The notes beneath the pieces are model-generated. The model was not told the origin of the DNA, made no database searches, and saw nothing but the letters and a program-made list of their open reading frames with translations. Of a DNA stretch of 64,000 bases, positions 52,488-63,288 are shown one piece after another (the stretch's first letter is position 1; each line of letters opens with the position of its first letter). The position numbers and the translations under genes are program-made. The stretch comes from Naegleria gruberi (Eukaryota). Where the stretch lies: NCBI GenBank assembly GCA_000004985.1, contig GG738885.1. One strand, given 5' to 3'.

Positions 52488-53990
52488 ATGTTTCCATCCT
52501 CGTCCAATAATCAACAACAACAACAAACATTCCAAGATTTATTCATCAAATCCATTAACCAAACTCAAATTAATGGATCAACAAACAACGACATGTTTCA
52601 ATCAACCTATATAACAATTCCCAATGTTTCGAATAGTGGAAGCAGTAACAGTACTTCAACTTCTGCCACCATTCAAATCCCATCAAATACTACATGGAAT
52701 TTTGGAGCCACTGATCCACAACAACAATTGACTTTGAATGAAAGTAACGGTTTACATGCACTTTCGAATACAACAAATACCAATTTAGGTAACGCCTTAA
52801 GTAACTTTAATAACGATAAAGTTTTAGAACAAGCGCTCATCATGATGGTGAACGGCGCAAACAATAGAAACAGATCTCAAAGTGCTGGCTCGATTCCAAC
52901 ATCCAATTCATTAGGTGTCTCCCCAACACTTTCGAATAACAGCCCACAAACATTTGGCGGTTCAGCTCAAGGAAATAGTTTAGTGCAGATGAGCTCGTCC
53001 TTACCGAATTCAACGTGTGCACCTTCTTTCGTCCAAGGAAAGAGTTTCAATCCAGGTCAACTAGGTTTTACTCAACCGTTTACTGTACGATCAGATTATA
53101 AGGTTTCAACAACTGAAAATCAAGATTCCACTAATGCTCCTACTAATATCAATGGTTTACAGCTTATTTTCTCAGAATTATTGACCAATCCACAACATCA
53201 AACCAATTCCATGTTCAATCTTGGTCAATTAGGACAACAGCAGAATAATTTCAATTCTGCTAATCAACAAAATCAGTTTATTCTCCATTCCCAAGCTCCA
53301 ACCTCGCAACAACAAGTTAATAACAATCAATTCAGTCCAATTTTGAGTAGTTTGATGATTAGTCAACCATCAAGTCCAATTCAAGTCACCAATCAAATCG
53401 TTATCAATTCCAATCCAATGCCAAGTGTTTCTCCAACTAGTACAAGTCCTCCAACTCAACCGTTAACTACTATGAATATCAATCCAAGTTCCATTACCAC
53501 TCATGTATCGCCAACTTGTTCTCCCACCTCAACACCTAGCAGCTCACTAACCAAGTCAACCAATGGTGGAAAGCAAAGAAGACAAAGATCTGTCTCATGC
53601 ACAAGTCAGAGCTCACCTTATCCTCCAACCACCCAACAACAATTTACTTTCCATTCACCAAACGAAACCCAAGACAGTCCAAAGAAAGGCACCAGACGAT
53701 CTGGCATTAAATTTGCAATTGACTTTATGGACAATGCACAACAATTTGACATTAAGCACACAAGTCTCACTCCATCCACAATGAAACAACACATTGCTGA
53801 GAGAGATGAGAGAGAAAGGGCAGGTGTGAAAAAAAGAGGAAGACCAAAAGGAAGTGGTATAAAACAGCAAGTGAAGAGGGGAGATTTGTTGTTCTATCAA
53901 AATTGTTACAATTCAGTTGAGGGTTTGTATAAGGGAAGAGCAGATCCTGGAAGAGATGATGACGATGATGAAGGAGGATTTACAGTGTAA
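52488..53990 (+). CDS. Q/N/S/T-rich low-complexity protein with C-terminal AT-hook (KRGRPKGSG)
   Basis: 500-aa ORF with an AT-hook GRP core near the C-terminus and an acidic DDDDDE tail. Confidence 0.5.
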   Translation: MFPSSSNNQQQQQTFQDLFIKSINQTQINGSTNNDMFQSTYITIPNVSNSGSSNSTSTSATIQIPSNTTWNFGATDPQQQLTLNESNGLHALSNTTNTNLGNALSNFNNDKVLEQALIMMVNGANNRNRSQSAGSIPTSNSLGVSPTLSNNSPQTFGGSAQGNSLVQMSSSLPNSTCAPSFVQGKSFNPGQLGFTQPFTVRSDYKVSTTENQDSTNAPTNINGLQLIFSELLTNPQHQTNSMFNLGQLGQQQNNFNSANQQNQFILHSQAPTSQQQVNNNQFSPILSSLMISQPSSPIQVTNQIVINSNPMPSVSPTSTSPPTQPLTTMNINPSSITTHVSPTCSPTSTPSSSLTKSTNGGKQRRQRSVSCTSQSSPYPPTTQQQFTFHSPNETQDSPKKGTRRSGIKFAIDFMDNAQQFDIKHTSLTPSTMKQHIAERDERERAGVKKRGRPKGSGIKQQVKRGDLLFYQNCYNSVEGLYKGRADPGRDDDDDEGGFTV

Positions 53991-54110
53991 CGCCGTTTAA
54001 ATAATAAAGAGGTTATACCACCTTTTGAACAAATATCACTTTTCTCGCTTTTATTGGAAGGTTTTTAGTCTTAATAATTTTTTATTGAGGTTTTTGGGTA
54101 ATGATACGTA

Positions 54111-54183
54111 GCCCGTCTAGCTCAGTCGGTAGAGCGCAAGGCTCTTAACCTTGTGGTCGTGGGTTCGACCCCCACGGTGGGCG
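54111..54183 (+). tRNA. tRNA-Lys (anticodon CTT), identical duplicate of 31558..31630
   Basis: Same 73-nt sequence. The downstream ~20 nt (tattttaatatttt) is also shared with the first copy. Confidence 0.9.
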
Positions 54184-54802
54184 ATTCGTATTTTAATATT
54201 TTCCCTATTTTCGTTTGTATATATCTCAGGTCTTTGCGATTCTCTCCTTTCTTTTTACATTTCTAACCAAATCCATTTTAAATATAATCCTAAATATAAT
54301 CTTCTAATTATTCACTTTAGGATATCTTCTTTCTGTTCCTAATTATTGATCATAATTGTTTGGTAAGAATGATGGCAACGATTTCCTTCTACTGATCATG
54401 ACATTTTTTTTAATATTAAAAATTGTAATCTTTCCTCCTTTCCTCATCGTCATCATTGCCCAGAAAGCTTCAATAAAAATTCTTTGAACTGTCTTTTAAT
54501 TCACACAAGAATAATCCCTTTCCAATTTTATCAAAACAATAACTTGGTATTGTGGTTTTCGAGAATCTGAGGAAGTGGAGTATTTAGGAATAGGGCACAA
54601 AGCACTACCAGGTAAGCTATTAAAAACTAGTGTAGCGATTCTTGCTTATTGCCTATGGCGGACTGATGTGGGGATGTATCCGAAGTAAGTGGCGGAAAAG
54701 TTAACACAAGTCTGAAACCAGTGGAACCACTTCCAATCGATCTTTTCCTCGCGCCAAATTCTTTTTCAAAAATTTAAATTCAAAAAAAGGAACAACACTT
54801 TT

Positions 54803-56191
54803 ATGCCTCCACGTGGAACCACAAGTAAATTCTTTCAAAAGAAGCAACAACGAGACAGTAGTAGTGAAGAAGAATCATCTGAAGCTTCGGAAGAGGAGGA
54901 AATCAAGACAAGAGTAACCAGAAGTAAAACAAAACCTTCTACATCAAAGAAGGCTTCTTCATCGACCAGTAATAAGAAGAAAAAACCAATAGACGAGGAC
55001 GACGAAGATTTTGAAGTGCTCTCTTTCTCAGAGGAAGATACTAGTAGTGAGGAGGAATATAAAGTAGCAAAAAAGAAGAATACCAAAGCAAAAGCAACAA
55101 CAAAAACAAAAGGTTCCCAATCAAAATCAACAAGAACAACAAAACGAAAAAAGAAGGAAGAATCAGACTCATCAGAAGGAGAAGAGGAAGAAGAACAGCA
55201 AAAAAAGAAGAAGAAAAAGACAACAAAAAGCAATCCAAACGGACCAAAGTTAACAGAAAAGCAAAGAGAGGAAATGAACCAGATCATAAAAAAGATCGGA
55301 GAAAGTAAGAAGTTGTTCATAGGATGTCATGTATCTTATGGATCTAAAGGTGTGGAGACTGCACCTATTGCTGCCTATGAAACAGGTTGTTATGGTGGAT
55401 TTGCATTCTTCTTGGGAAATCAGAAAACTTATAGTCAGAAGGAATATACAGACAAGATGGTGAGCACATTTATCGAGAATTGTAAAAAGTATAATTATGA
55501 TCCAAAGAATTTACTGCCACATGCCAGTTATTTGATTAATTTAGCCAATCCTGACCAAACTAAATTGGAAAAGTCAAAGACATTATTCTTAAGTGAGTAT
55601 CAAAAATGTGAAAGATTGGGAGCTGTTAGATATAATTTCCATCCTGGCTCAACTGTGGGTGCTACAACACTGGAAGCAGGTTGTAAACAAATTGCAGAAT
55701 GTATCAATTGGGCCAATGAACAAACTGTTGGTGTATGTTCAGTTTTGGAGTGCACTGCTGGTGGAGGCCATTCAATTGGTCACAAGTTTGAACACCTTAA
55801 AATGATTATCGATCATGTTGAGGATAAGAATAGAGTTGGAGTTTGTCTCGATACTTGCCACATGTTTGCAGCTGGCTATGATTTGAGAACACAGGAAGGT
55901 TGTGAAAAAGTTTTCAATGAATTTGATGAAATTGTTGGATTCAAATATTTGAAAGGAATGCACTTGAATGATAGCAAAGTAAAATTAGGTACCAAGAAGG
56001 ATCGTCACGAGAATTTAGGAAAAGGTCATTTAGGAATCGAAGTATTCAAATATATTGTAAATAATGAAAACTTTAGAAATATTCCAATGGTTTTAGAAAC
56101 ACCTGAAGGATTATATGCTGATGAAATACAGGAATTGTATAGTTATTATAATGAAAAGGAAGTTAAACCTGAATCAACTATTGATGAATAA
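54803..56191 (+). CDS. AP endonuclease, family 2 (endonuclease IV / Apn1 homologue) with K/E/S-rich N-terminal extension
   Basis: Motifs HASYLINLANP, FHPGS, LECTAGGG, LDTCHMFAAGYDL and HLNDSK...GTKKDRHENLGKGHLG match the Nfo/Apn1 xylose-isomerase-like TIM barrel and its metal ligands. The N-terminal ~170 aa are a charged low-complexity tail. Confidence 0.85.
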   Translation: MPPRGTTSKFFQKKQQRDSSSEEESSEASEEEEIKTRVTRSKTKPSTSKKASSSTSNKKKKPIDEDDEDFEVLSFSEEDTSSEEEYKVAKKKNTKAKATTKTKGSQSKSTRTTKRKKKEESDSSEGEEEEEQQKKKKKKTTKSNPNGPKLTEKQREEMNQIIKKIGESKKLFIGCHVSYGSKGVETAPIAAYETGCYGGFAFFLGNQKTYSQKEYTDKMVSTFIENCKKYNYDPKNLLPHASYLINLANPDQTKLEKSKTLFLSEYQKCERLGAVRYNFHPGSTVGATTLEAGCKQIAECINWANEQTVGVCSVLECTAGGGHSIGHKFEHLKMIIDHVEDKNRVGVCLDTCHMFAAGYDLRTQEGCEKVFNEFDEIVGFKYLKGMHLNDSKVKLGTKKDRHENLGKGHLGIEVFKYIVNNENFRNIPMVLETPEGLYADEIQELYSYYNEKEVKPESTIDE

Positions 56192-56287
56192 TTGATAGTA
56201 TTTGAATGTAAATATTGATTGGATCTAATTTGATTATTAAATAATTTTAAATTATTATTTAATTCAAAAAAGATATTTTACAAAAAA

Positions 56288-57080
56288 ATGGCTCAATTTC
56301 CACAATCCATCACACTGGAAGGCAAGTATATCACTCTCAAACCATGCTCTCCCGACGAAGATGCAGAAGAATTATTCAATACTAGTCACGGAACAGAACA
56401 CAAACTTTCAATTTGGCAACTTTTACCAATAGGTGAGGATGTTATTCAATTATTATTAATATTAAATAATATAAATATTAAATGATTTAATTGATTGAAT
56501 AATAACAGGACCATATGCTGATGTGGAAACATTTAGAAAATTCCTCACCACTTGGTGCACTGCAACAGATAACAAGAATAGACCAGAACATGTAACCTTC
56601 ACTGTTGTGGATAACAAGAGTAAGGCCAAGATTGGTGGGCTCACCTTTATGGCCATCGTACCAGAGCATGCAAGATTGGAAATTGGATTTGTTTGGTACG
56701 GAAAGGATTATCAAAATACATTTGTCAATAGTGAATGTAACTTTTTGTTAATGAGCTATGCCTTTGAAGTGTTAGGATATCAAAGAGTGGAATGGAAATG
56801 TGACAGTAGAAATGGAAGATCGAAAGGTGCTGCTTTGAAATTGGGTTTTACCTATGAAGGTACTTTTAGAAAACACATGATTGTCAAGAATAATTATAAC
56901 AGGGATTCTGATTATCTTAGTATGACAGATACTGATTGGAGTACTAAGAAACAAGCATTACAACAGAAATTATCCTACACTGACCAAGACATTCAACAAC
57001 ACAACCAATTCTTTACTCACATTAAGAAACAAGTTAATTCCTCCTCTCAATCCAAAAATGCTCGATTGAGTAAACTCTGA
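56288..57080 (+). CDS. GNAT-family N-acetyltransferase (RimJ/RimL-like), 2 exons
   Basis: Exon 1 ...LLPIG ends at a GTGAGG donor (~56439). Acceptor ...aataacag at ~56508 continues PYADVETFRKFL.... Exon 2 has a GNAT core (EIGFVWYGKDYQNTFVNSECNFLLMSYAFEVLGYQRVEWKCDSRNGRSKGAALKLGFTYEGTFRKH). Confidence 0.7.
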
Positions 57081-57091
57081 TCGGTGAATAT

Positions 57092-57721
57092 TTGACTATT
57101 ATAGAGCTGGATATGCCACTAATATATCCAAGAGATGATTTTATTTTGGGCATCAAGACTAGTTACCGAGTTTTCAACAAACATCATTTCCAACAAGTAA
57201 AAAAACACTCAACATCTGATATTCCTGCCACTAGTCAACCAATATTTAAATATTCAATCATGCCGATACATTCTATGGAAAATCGTCTCGAAGAGATGGA
57301 CGAACTCAGAGTTAAAAAACGGAAATCAGTTAAGGAACTTTCCATTCAAATGGACCTGGTCAAAAGTGTGGTCAACTATAAGGATAGACCCGATAAGAGA
57401 CAACAAGCAGCTCCTCAACTCTACGACAAGAAACAAAACATGGTAAAGAATGAAGTATCCTCGCCCAACACTAGCTCAATTACTTCTCCCAAAAATAGAC
57501 GAGCAAGTGTTGGATTCTTTCTGCCCTCACAACGTCAAACTGCCATGATAGATTCAGATTCAGATTCGGATGACGATGTGATTAATATTAAGACTCCACA
57601 AAGTGCTAGAAGTAATACAAGTAGTTCACAATCTAGGTATCCAGTGACAGTGCCCTTGTATGAAAGAAGAATACATTCGGCTAGGTCAAGTAGAGTGAGG
57701 AAGTTTGCTAATTTTTGTTGA
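57092..57721 (+). CDS. Hypothetical S-rich protein
   Basis: ORF only. Start uncertain. Confidence 0.3.
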   Translation: MTIIELDMPLIYPRDDFILGIKTSYRVFNKHHFQQVKKHSTSDIPATSQPIFKYSIMPIHSMENRLEEMDELRVKKRKSVKELSIQMDLVKSVVNYKDRPDKRQQAAPQLYDKKQNMVKNEVSSPNTSSITSPKNRRASVGFFLPSQRQTAMIDSDSDSDDDVINIKTPQSARSNTSSSQSRYPVTVPLYERRIHSARSSRVRKFANFC

Positions 57722-57834
57722 ATTCATTCACTTGCTAATTGTAAATTTGAAACCATAAACTAAGTTTGATGATCTTTAGTTTTTATTACATCAAATAAAT
57801 TTTAAAACCTAATTGTTTTGAATAATTAGAAGTT

Positions 57835-59496
57835 TTAGGCAGATAGTGAACATTGAAGTAAATTATGTAATCTTGCATAACTAGCTTCATAATCATCGGT
57901 CATGATTGCAATTTTCGAATTGTCAAATGAGAATGTTAATTGCATTACAAATTGGAGAGAAATCAAATTGTTGGACGAAAGGGCAAACGAGAATGGGATG
58001 CCTACCGATTGCATCCAGTGAGCATTCTTTGAAATTAGTCCAAGATAATGATCTCTGTTTTTGAATTCGATTTCATCAAAGTAGTAAATTACATGATCAT
58101 AGGATTTGAGTTGATTTGATAAAATTCTCTTTGAATCTTTTGAGCGAATGAGCCTTCTTGGTATTTTCATCAGTTCTATATCAATACTTGGATATTTGGA
58201 AGTAAAATCTATCATATAATCTCTAGAATAAAGTTCTGAATATGAATTGTGGAATAGTATGAGGAATTTACGACCATAAAATTCATTCTCCATTTCTTTA
58301 CATCTAATGTCAAAGGGACAAATAATATCTGGAAATGAAATCTTAAACTCGTCAATTTTTTCAAAATAAGGCTCTCCTGTTTCTGTATTCAAAACAAAAA
58401 AGAGATACTTGTTGGAAATGAGCCCTCTCTCAATTAGAAACATTAGAATTTCCCATCCTGATCTGATTAATTTCCTTAAATTCCTTTCAATTAATGGTTT
58501 ATACTCCAATCCAAATCGTTCAGAATATTCCAGTAAAAACTCCAAATGACCCTTCTTCAGAAATGTAGGCACAACAATACAGCACTCTTCCAATTCCTCA
58601 ATACTCTTCAATGTATAGCCCATATCCAATAACTTGTACGATAGAGAACTATTATTTGATTTCACTGCCTTCACCAAGAGAATATTCCTTTCAGCAACAG
58701 ATTGAATGGCTCTATCAACTTTCTGAATAAATGGATCAAAGAATGCAGTTCCAAAAAACGAAGCAAATGCCTTTGATTTCAATCTCAAATCTCTCTTATT
58801 ACATGGTACATTGAGAATGGCTCTTGTAAATCCCTCAAACATATTCAACATCACCCTCTCAGAGAACACTTGCACATAATTCCTCAATGATTTTCCAAAC
58901 CAAGGTACGTTTAACATTAATTTTCCATCAAGATACTTCTCATCAACTCTACACATATCATGAACAAGATGATCTGCCATAATTTCATTCTTTTCTTCAT
59001 TCAAACAAACTCTCATTCTAATATACGAAGAATAATCATCCAGCAGTTCACTAATAAACAATGAAACTCGATCTCCCTTATAATCAATCAATGAAAATCT
59101 AATATCACTCATCAAAGAGGATGGAAATTTAAATTCCTTCAATCTGTTTGTCTGTTTGTTTATTTCCTCCTCTTCCTCTTCCTCTTCGGCTTCATCTTTC
59201 CCATCATTAAATTCATATATCAAACTCCTCTTCAATAACATTCCCATCTCATATTCAGCAGGATGAGAGTGAGAAATAAATTCCAACCAACACGAAAACA
59301 TCCGATCTTCAATCTGTTTCGGATTCAATAATTCATTAATTCCCTTGCTTACTTGTTGATGATAATTTTGGAGGAATTTCTTGTGCTTGATGAGAAAATT
59401 CCATTCCTTGCAAACGAGGGAATAAACTAGAAAGACAGCGTTTGGCATTCCGAAAGTAAAGATTTCAAAGAGTGCATCTTGATACATTTTTTTCAA
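57835..59496 (-). CDS. Hypothetical protein with N-terminal F-box-like motif and poly-E tract
   Basis: ALFEIFTFGMPNAVFLVYSLVCKEWNFLIKHKKF resembles an F-box (L..EI...IF..L......L..VCK.W..LI). Confidence 0.5.
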   Translation of the reverse strand: MKKMYQDALFEIFTFGMPNAVFLVYSLVCKEWNFLIKHKKFLQNYHQQVSKGINELLNPKQIEDRMFSCWLEFISHSHPAEYEMGMLLKRSLIYEFNDGKDEAEEEEEEEEINKQTNRLKEFKFPSSLMSDIRFSLIDYKGDRVSLFISELLDDYSSYIRMRVCLNEEKNEIMADHLVHDMCRVDEKYLDGKLMLNVPWFGKSLRNYVQVFSERVMLNMFEGFTRAILNVPCNKRDLRLKSKAFASFFGTAFFDPFIQKVDRAIQSVAERNILLVKAVKSNNSSLSYKLLDMGYTLKSIEELEECCIVVPTFLKKGHLEFLLEYSERFGLEYKPLIERNLRKLIRSGWEILMFLIERGLISNKYLFFVLNTETGEPYFEKIDEFKISFPDIICPFDIRCKEMENEFYGRKFLILFHNSYSELYSRDYMIDFTSKYPSIDIELMKIPRRLIRSKDSKRILSNQLKSYDHVIYYFDEIEFKNRDHYLGLISKNAHWMQSVGIPFSFALSSNNLISLQFVMQLTFSFDNSKIAIMTDDYEASYARLHNLLQCSLSA

Positions 59497-59603
59497 TTTT
59501 GAAAAGTAAATATTCTAAAAATAATAAATAATATTTTTAAATACTGATTACAAAAAATTATTATTTTACATTTTTCCTAATATATTAATTACACTTAGTT
59601 ATT

Positions 59604-62372
59604 TTACAATTGATAAGGTAACCAAATTCTGTCTGGAATTGGTGGTTCATGATCTGCCAAGAAGGCAGTTGAGGAAGTTGGATTTAACATCATGAGTTGC
59701 ATGTCAAATTCATTAATTCCAACACCACTCATATTGAATGGACAAAGACAAGGTCCAAATGATCCAGTATTCGAAATATTCATGCTACTTTCAGGTAAAT
59801 TAGAAAGTGGAGCATCTTTAGAGCTGAGAATTCTCTTTCCATCTTTTAGAATTCCCAATCGAATCCAGAAACATCTGTCATATAATTTCAAAAGCCACAA
59901 GTCCCATTTTCCATCATTAGTTGTTTTGAAATAGTCCTTTCCTTCACTTGCTGATCCAATTTTAGAATCCAAATCAAAGTAGACCTTATCGAGCTCTGCA
60001 TGACTCGAAAAGACAATGAAATTCTTATCTTCAGGTACTTCATCCGAATTGGATGTCTTTTGTTGTAAATTCTTGTAAGTGTACTTGTTTCTGATACTTT
60101 CTGGAGCATATTCAATGTTACCAACGAGAGTTTTCTCATCTTCACCCAATCTGGAGTAGGCCTCTCCTGAAACAATATTTTCGACACCTTGTTGTTGAAG
60201 CTCCATGGCCATCTTCTTTCCAAATAGAGCTTCCTTAACAGGTTGATTCAAATAAAAGGCCATATCTGAAAAACCATACTTTTCAATTCTGTCCAACAAT
60301 TTCTGAACTCCCATGCCAAATGGATATTGTAAAACGTGATGAGCTGGAATGCCCTTCTTCTTGTCCTCAACTTTCGTCAATGGAACAAGTTCGAGTGCCT
60401 TGATAACATCCTGAACAAAGTGTTGATGATTGCAAGTTTTCAAATTGTACACATTGGTACCATTCCACAAACTACAAACTTCTGAGAGTTTGGATAAGAG
60501 TGCAGTAATATTCTTCTCTCCTTCCACTTTCTTAAGTGTAATGTAGTGGAAATGAGGATTGAAACGAAGCAGACCTTGAGGAGGTTTTCTAGATGGAATA
60601 ACGAGTGAATTCTCCTTCCATTCTAAAAACCAATTTCCAATCATGATACCAGTTCTCAATAATTTGTACCTATTCGTGTCTTTCATTTCAATCATGAATG
60701 ATTCGCTAAATTCAAAAACTACCAATTGACATTGTAAATAAGCTTCTTCCTTCTTTGAAGATCTACCAAACAATTTTGCCAAATTTGATTTCTTCTCTGG
60801 TTCGCACTCTTCACCATCATTGAGAGCAATGGTTCCAGACTTCTCACCAGTTGGATTATCAAAGAAGAGATAATTGTAACAATCAGGAAGTGCCAAATTC
60901 TCTGACATGAAAATCTTTTCCCTGTGTGAAAAAATTCTTCTATCAATCGGAGCAAGTTTCTTGAAAACATTCGAAACCAAAACTCTTTCCAACTCGCTCA
61001 GCTGCTTAAAATCAATCAAGAGAGGTAAACGTTCTGACAATTGAACACTCACAAAATCAATAGTAATATTTGATGTAGTGGCATGTGTCTGCTCAGAATC
61101 TGGAAACATCTTTTCAATATTATTTGTTTGTTGTGAAGCTGCCTCTGAACTAGAAGTTGCATCAAATTTCACATCAAATAATTTCTTCTTCTTTCCACTA
61201 CTATTCATCTTCTTTTGAATAATTGTATCAAAAGATGAAGGATCTGTCAATAACAAGTAAATATTCTTATATCTTGACTTGTACTTTCCCAATTGTTCAA
61301 TTAATATCAAATCATTATTCAAAATTTGTGGGAAAACTGTTTGTCTAAGTGATTTCTCATCAATTGGTCGAACACAATTATCAAGATCACTATTAACCAG
61401 ACAGGAAACTAGACGATCACGACTCTTCTTTTTTTCTTTACCATTTGATGAAGAGGAGGTGGAAGAGGATGAATTATTCATCATTATATTTTCCATCATG
61501 CTATTACTTCCAATGGAATCGAGTGATGGACGAATCATACTATTCGAATCTGATGATGAAGATGAATTAAGATCTGCTTCCTCTGTTGAATTATTGATCA
61601 TGGGAATGATGCTTCCATTTAGTGCCATTGATTTTCTTGTTGTATATCCAACAGGTTTTGGTGGTCGATAATTGACAGGTGAAACATCACTTGGTGTTGT
61701 GGGCGTAGTTGAATTTGAAGAGAATGGGGATTGATTTCCAAAGGATGTTTGTGGACTGTTGGGTGAATGTCCTTCACTAGCAGAATTTGAATGTTCAACT
61801 GCACTAATAGGATTATTCGAATTTGGACGAATCATTGATGAATCTCTTCTAGTGACTACAATACCAGTTCGATTACCGAATCTACTTGTTTTTTCCAAAT
61901 TTTCTGATGAAGCAGATTTCCTTGTTATTGCTACTGAATCCTTTCTTTGATTACTTGGAGAAATACTTGGAGAAGAAACATTATTCGAAACTGTTGTTCT
62001 CGTTGTTAAAACTCCTCCCATTTCTACATTTTCCAACTTGTCTTGAATTTCCATTAGATTCTTCTGATGAGAAATATGTTTTTGAATTGATGAATAGATT
62101 AGTTCGGCTTCGTCTTGGGAAATAATATTCTCCAAATCTGAAACTTCGAATTGGACAAGAGCAGAGCCATCCCACGATTCTTGTTTTAGAGTTGTTAATG
62201 TTGATTGTGAAAATCTGTAATTTAAAGTTCTTTCCAAGTGTCGAAGAAAGGAAAGAAAATCACCAGTTGACCAACGAGAAATTGGTTTAGATTCATCAAA
62301 TGGAAGATCTTCCGATAATGTATCTTTTGTAAATAATAAGTGTTTGTGCAATGGGTGAAGTGAGGATGACAA
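59604..62372 (-). CDS. Large hypothetical protein (922 aa), SAM-like N-terminus, S/N-rich middle, conserved-looking C-terminal ~450 aa
   Basis: Long ORF. N-terminal WSTGDFLSFLRHLERTLNYRF...LVQFEVSDLENI is SAM-like. No catalytic motif recognised. Confidence 0.5.
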   Translation of the reverse strand: MSSSLHPLHKHLLFTKDTLSEDLPFDESKPISRWSTGDFLSFLRHLERTLNYRFSQSTLTTLKQESWDGSALVQFEVSDLENIISQDEAELIYSSIQKHISHQKNLMEIQDKLENVEMGGVLTTRTTVSNNVSSPSISPSNQRKDSVAITRKSASSENLEKTSRFGNRTGIVVTRRDSSMIRPNSNNPISAVEHSNSASEGHSPNSPQTSFGNQSPFSSNSTTPTTPSDVSPVNYRPPKPVGYTTRKSMALNGSIIPMINNSTEEADLNSSSSSDSNSMIRPSLDSIGSNSMMENIMMNNSSSSTSSSSNGKEKKKSRDRLVSCLVNSDLDNCVRPIDEKSLRQTVFPQILNNDLILIEQLGKYKSRYKNIYLLLTDPSSFDTIIQKKMNSSGKKKKLFDVKFDATSSSEAASQQTNNIEKMFPDSEQTHATTSNITIDFVSVQLSERLPLLIDFKQLSELERVLVSNVFKKLAPIDRRIFSHREKIFMSENLALPDCYNYLFFDNPTGEKSGTIALNDGEECEPEKKSNLAKLFGRSSKKEEAYLQCQLVVFEFSESFMIEMKDTNRYKLLRTGIMIGNWFLEWKENSLVIPSRKPPQGLLRFNPHFHYITLKKVEGEKNITALLSKLSEVCSLWNGTNVYNLKTCNHQHFVQDVIKALELVPLTKVEDKKKGIPAHHVLQYPFGMGVQKLLDRIEKYGFSDMAFYLNQPVKEALFGKKMAMELQQQGVENIVSGEAYSRLGEDEKTLVGNIEYAPESIRNKYTYKNLQQKTSNSDEVPEDKNFIVFSSHAELDKVYFDLDSKIGSASEGKDYFKTTNDGKWDLWLLKLYDRCFWIRLGILKDGKRILSSKDAPLSNLPESSMNISNTGSFGPCLCPFNMSGVGINEFDMQLMMLNPTSSTAFLADHEPPIPDRIWLPYQL

Positions 62373-62788
62373 ATTTTAATGTATAACACACAATTAGTTT
62401 CGAATAGAGATCAATATAAAGTTATTCGAAACTAGAATACAAACCTTCTGAAGAAGCAGAAATAAACATTTTGCAAATTGATTACCTCTGAGTTACACAC
62501 AAAACACAAAAACCTCGATTTTTTTTTAATTCTTCTTCTGTGATGCAACTACATACTCGATTGACACCTGACAGTGAAATTTGAAAATAGGAATCATTTG
62601 CTCAGTCTATCTGACACGCTACAATTAAAAATCCTCTACGCAAAACTCTTCTCCTTCCTTATCAAAGCACCGAAGATGAAATTGGTAGCAAACGAAAGAG
62701 CATTTCTTCTTGACTTGGTTGACTCGACAATTCAGTACAATGTTCGATATTTTCAAATGAAAATGATAACGAACTGGAAAGAATAATT

Positions 62789-63288
62789 GATTAGAATCAG
62801 GGTTCTGCACATGAATATTGAATTTGGAAATAAACCAATATATTATTTGTTTTTGTTTTCAGTCATATACATATCAATTTTCAACTATTAATATAGAACC
62901 CATACTTTTATTTTTGAAAAGTTTTACTTTGCACGCCTCAGCACATTGTGCTAAGGTGATTAGAACCAAGCTAGAACCTGAGGCATTCTATTCAACCAGT
63001 GGTCAGTGTTCTTTTTGTTTAATTAATATTCAATAATCAATATTATTGCTATTACTCTTGTTTGTAGAACGGTATGTTTTTGATTTACATCATAACTTGC
63101 AATTAAACATCCCGGCACGATTCATTCACAAAACATCATCAGGATGTTTTTTTTTCATCAAATTTTTTAAATTTTATTAGTAACGGTAGTTTTGTGTGAT
63201 TCATGGCTCATCAAGTGTCTTTTTCTTATTTCATCGTAACCTCACAATGTGAGGTTTTGTGCAGAACCCTGATTAGAATGGATCTCGC
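62789..63288. mobile_element. MITE-like non-autonomous element (~500 bp) with ~20-bp terminal inverted repeats
   Basis: Left end gattagaatcagggttctgcaca (62789-62811). Right end tgtgcagaaccctgattagaat (63267-63288). The perfect 17-nt inverted core is AATCAGGGTTCTGCACA. The interior is AT-rich with no long ORF. Confidence 0.45.

Noticed and set aside
54590-54620. Minus-strand AGCUUACCUGGU resembling the 5' end of U1 snRNA (AUACUUACCUGG)
   Set aside because: Downstream sequence does not resemble U1 stem-loops or an Sm site. On the + strand the same bases read as a consensus 5' splice site (CCAG|GTAAGC). More likely it is a UTR intron donor of the Apn1 gene.
54835-55320. 161-aa minus-strand ORF (F/S-rich)
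   Set aside because: It is antisense to the K/E/S-rich (GAA/AAG/TCA-repeat) N-terminal tail of the Apn1 gene. It is a low-complexity artefact.
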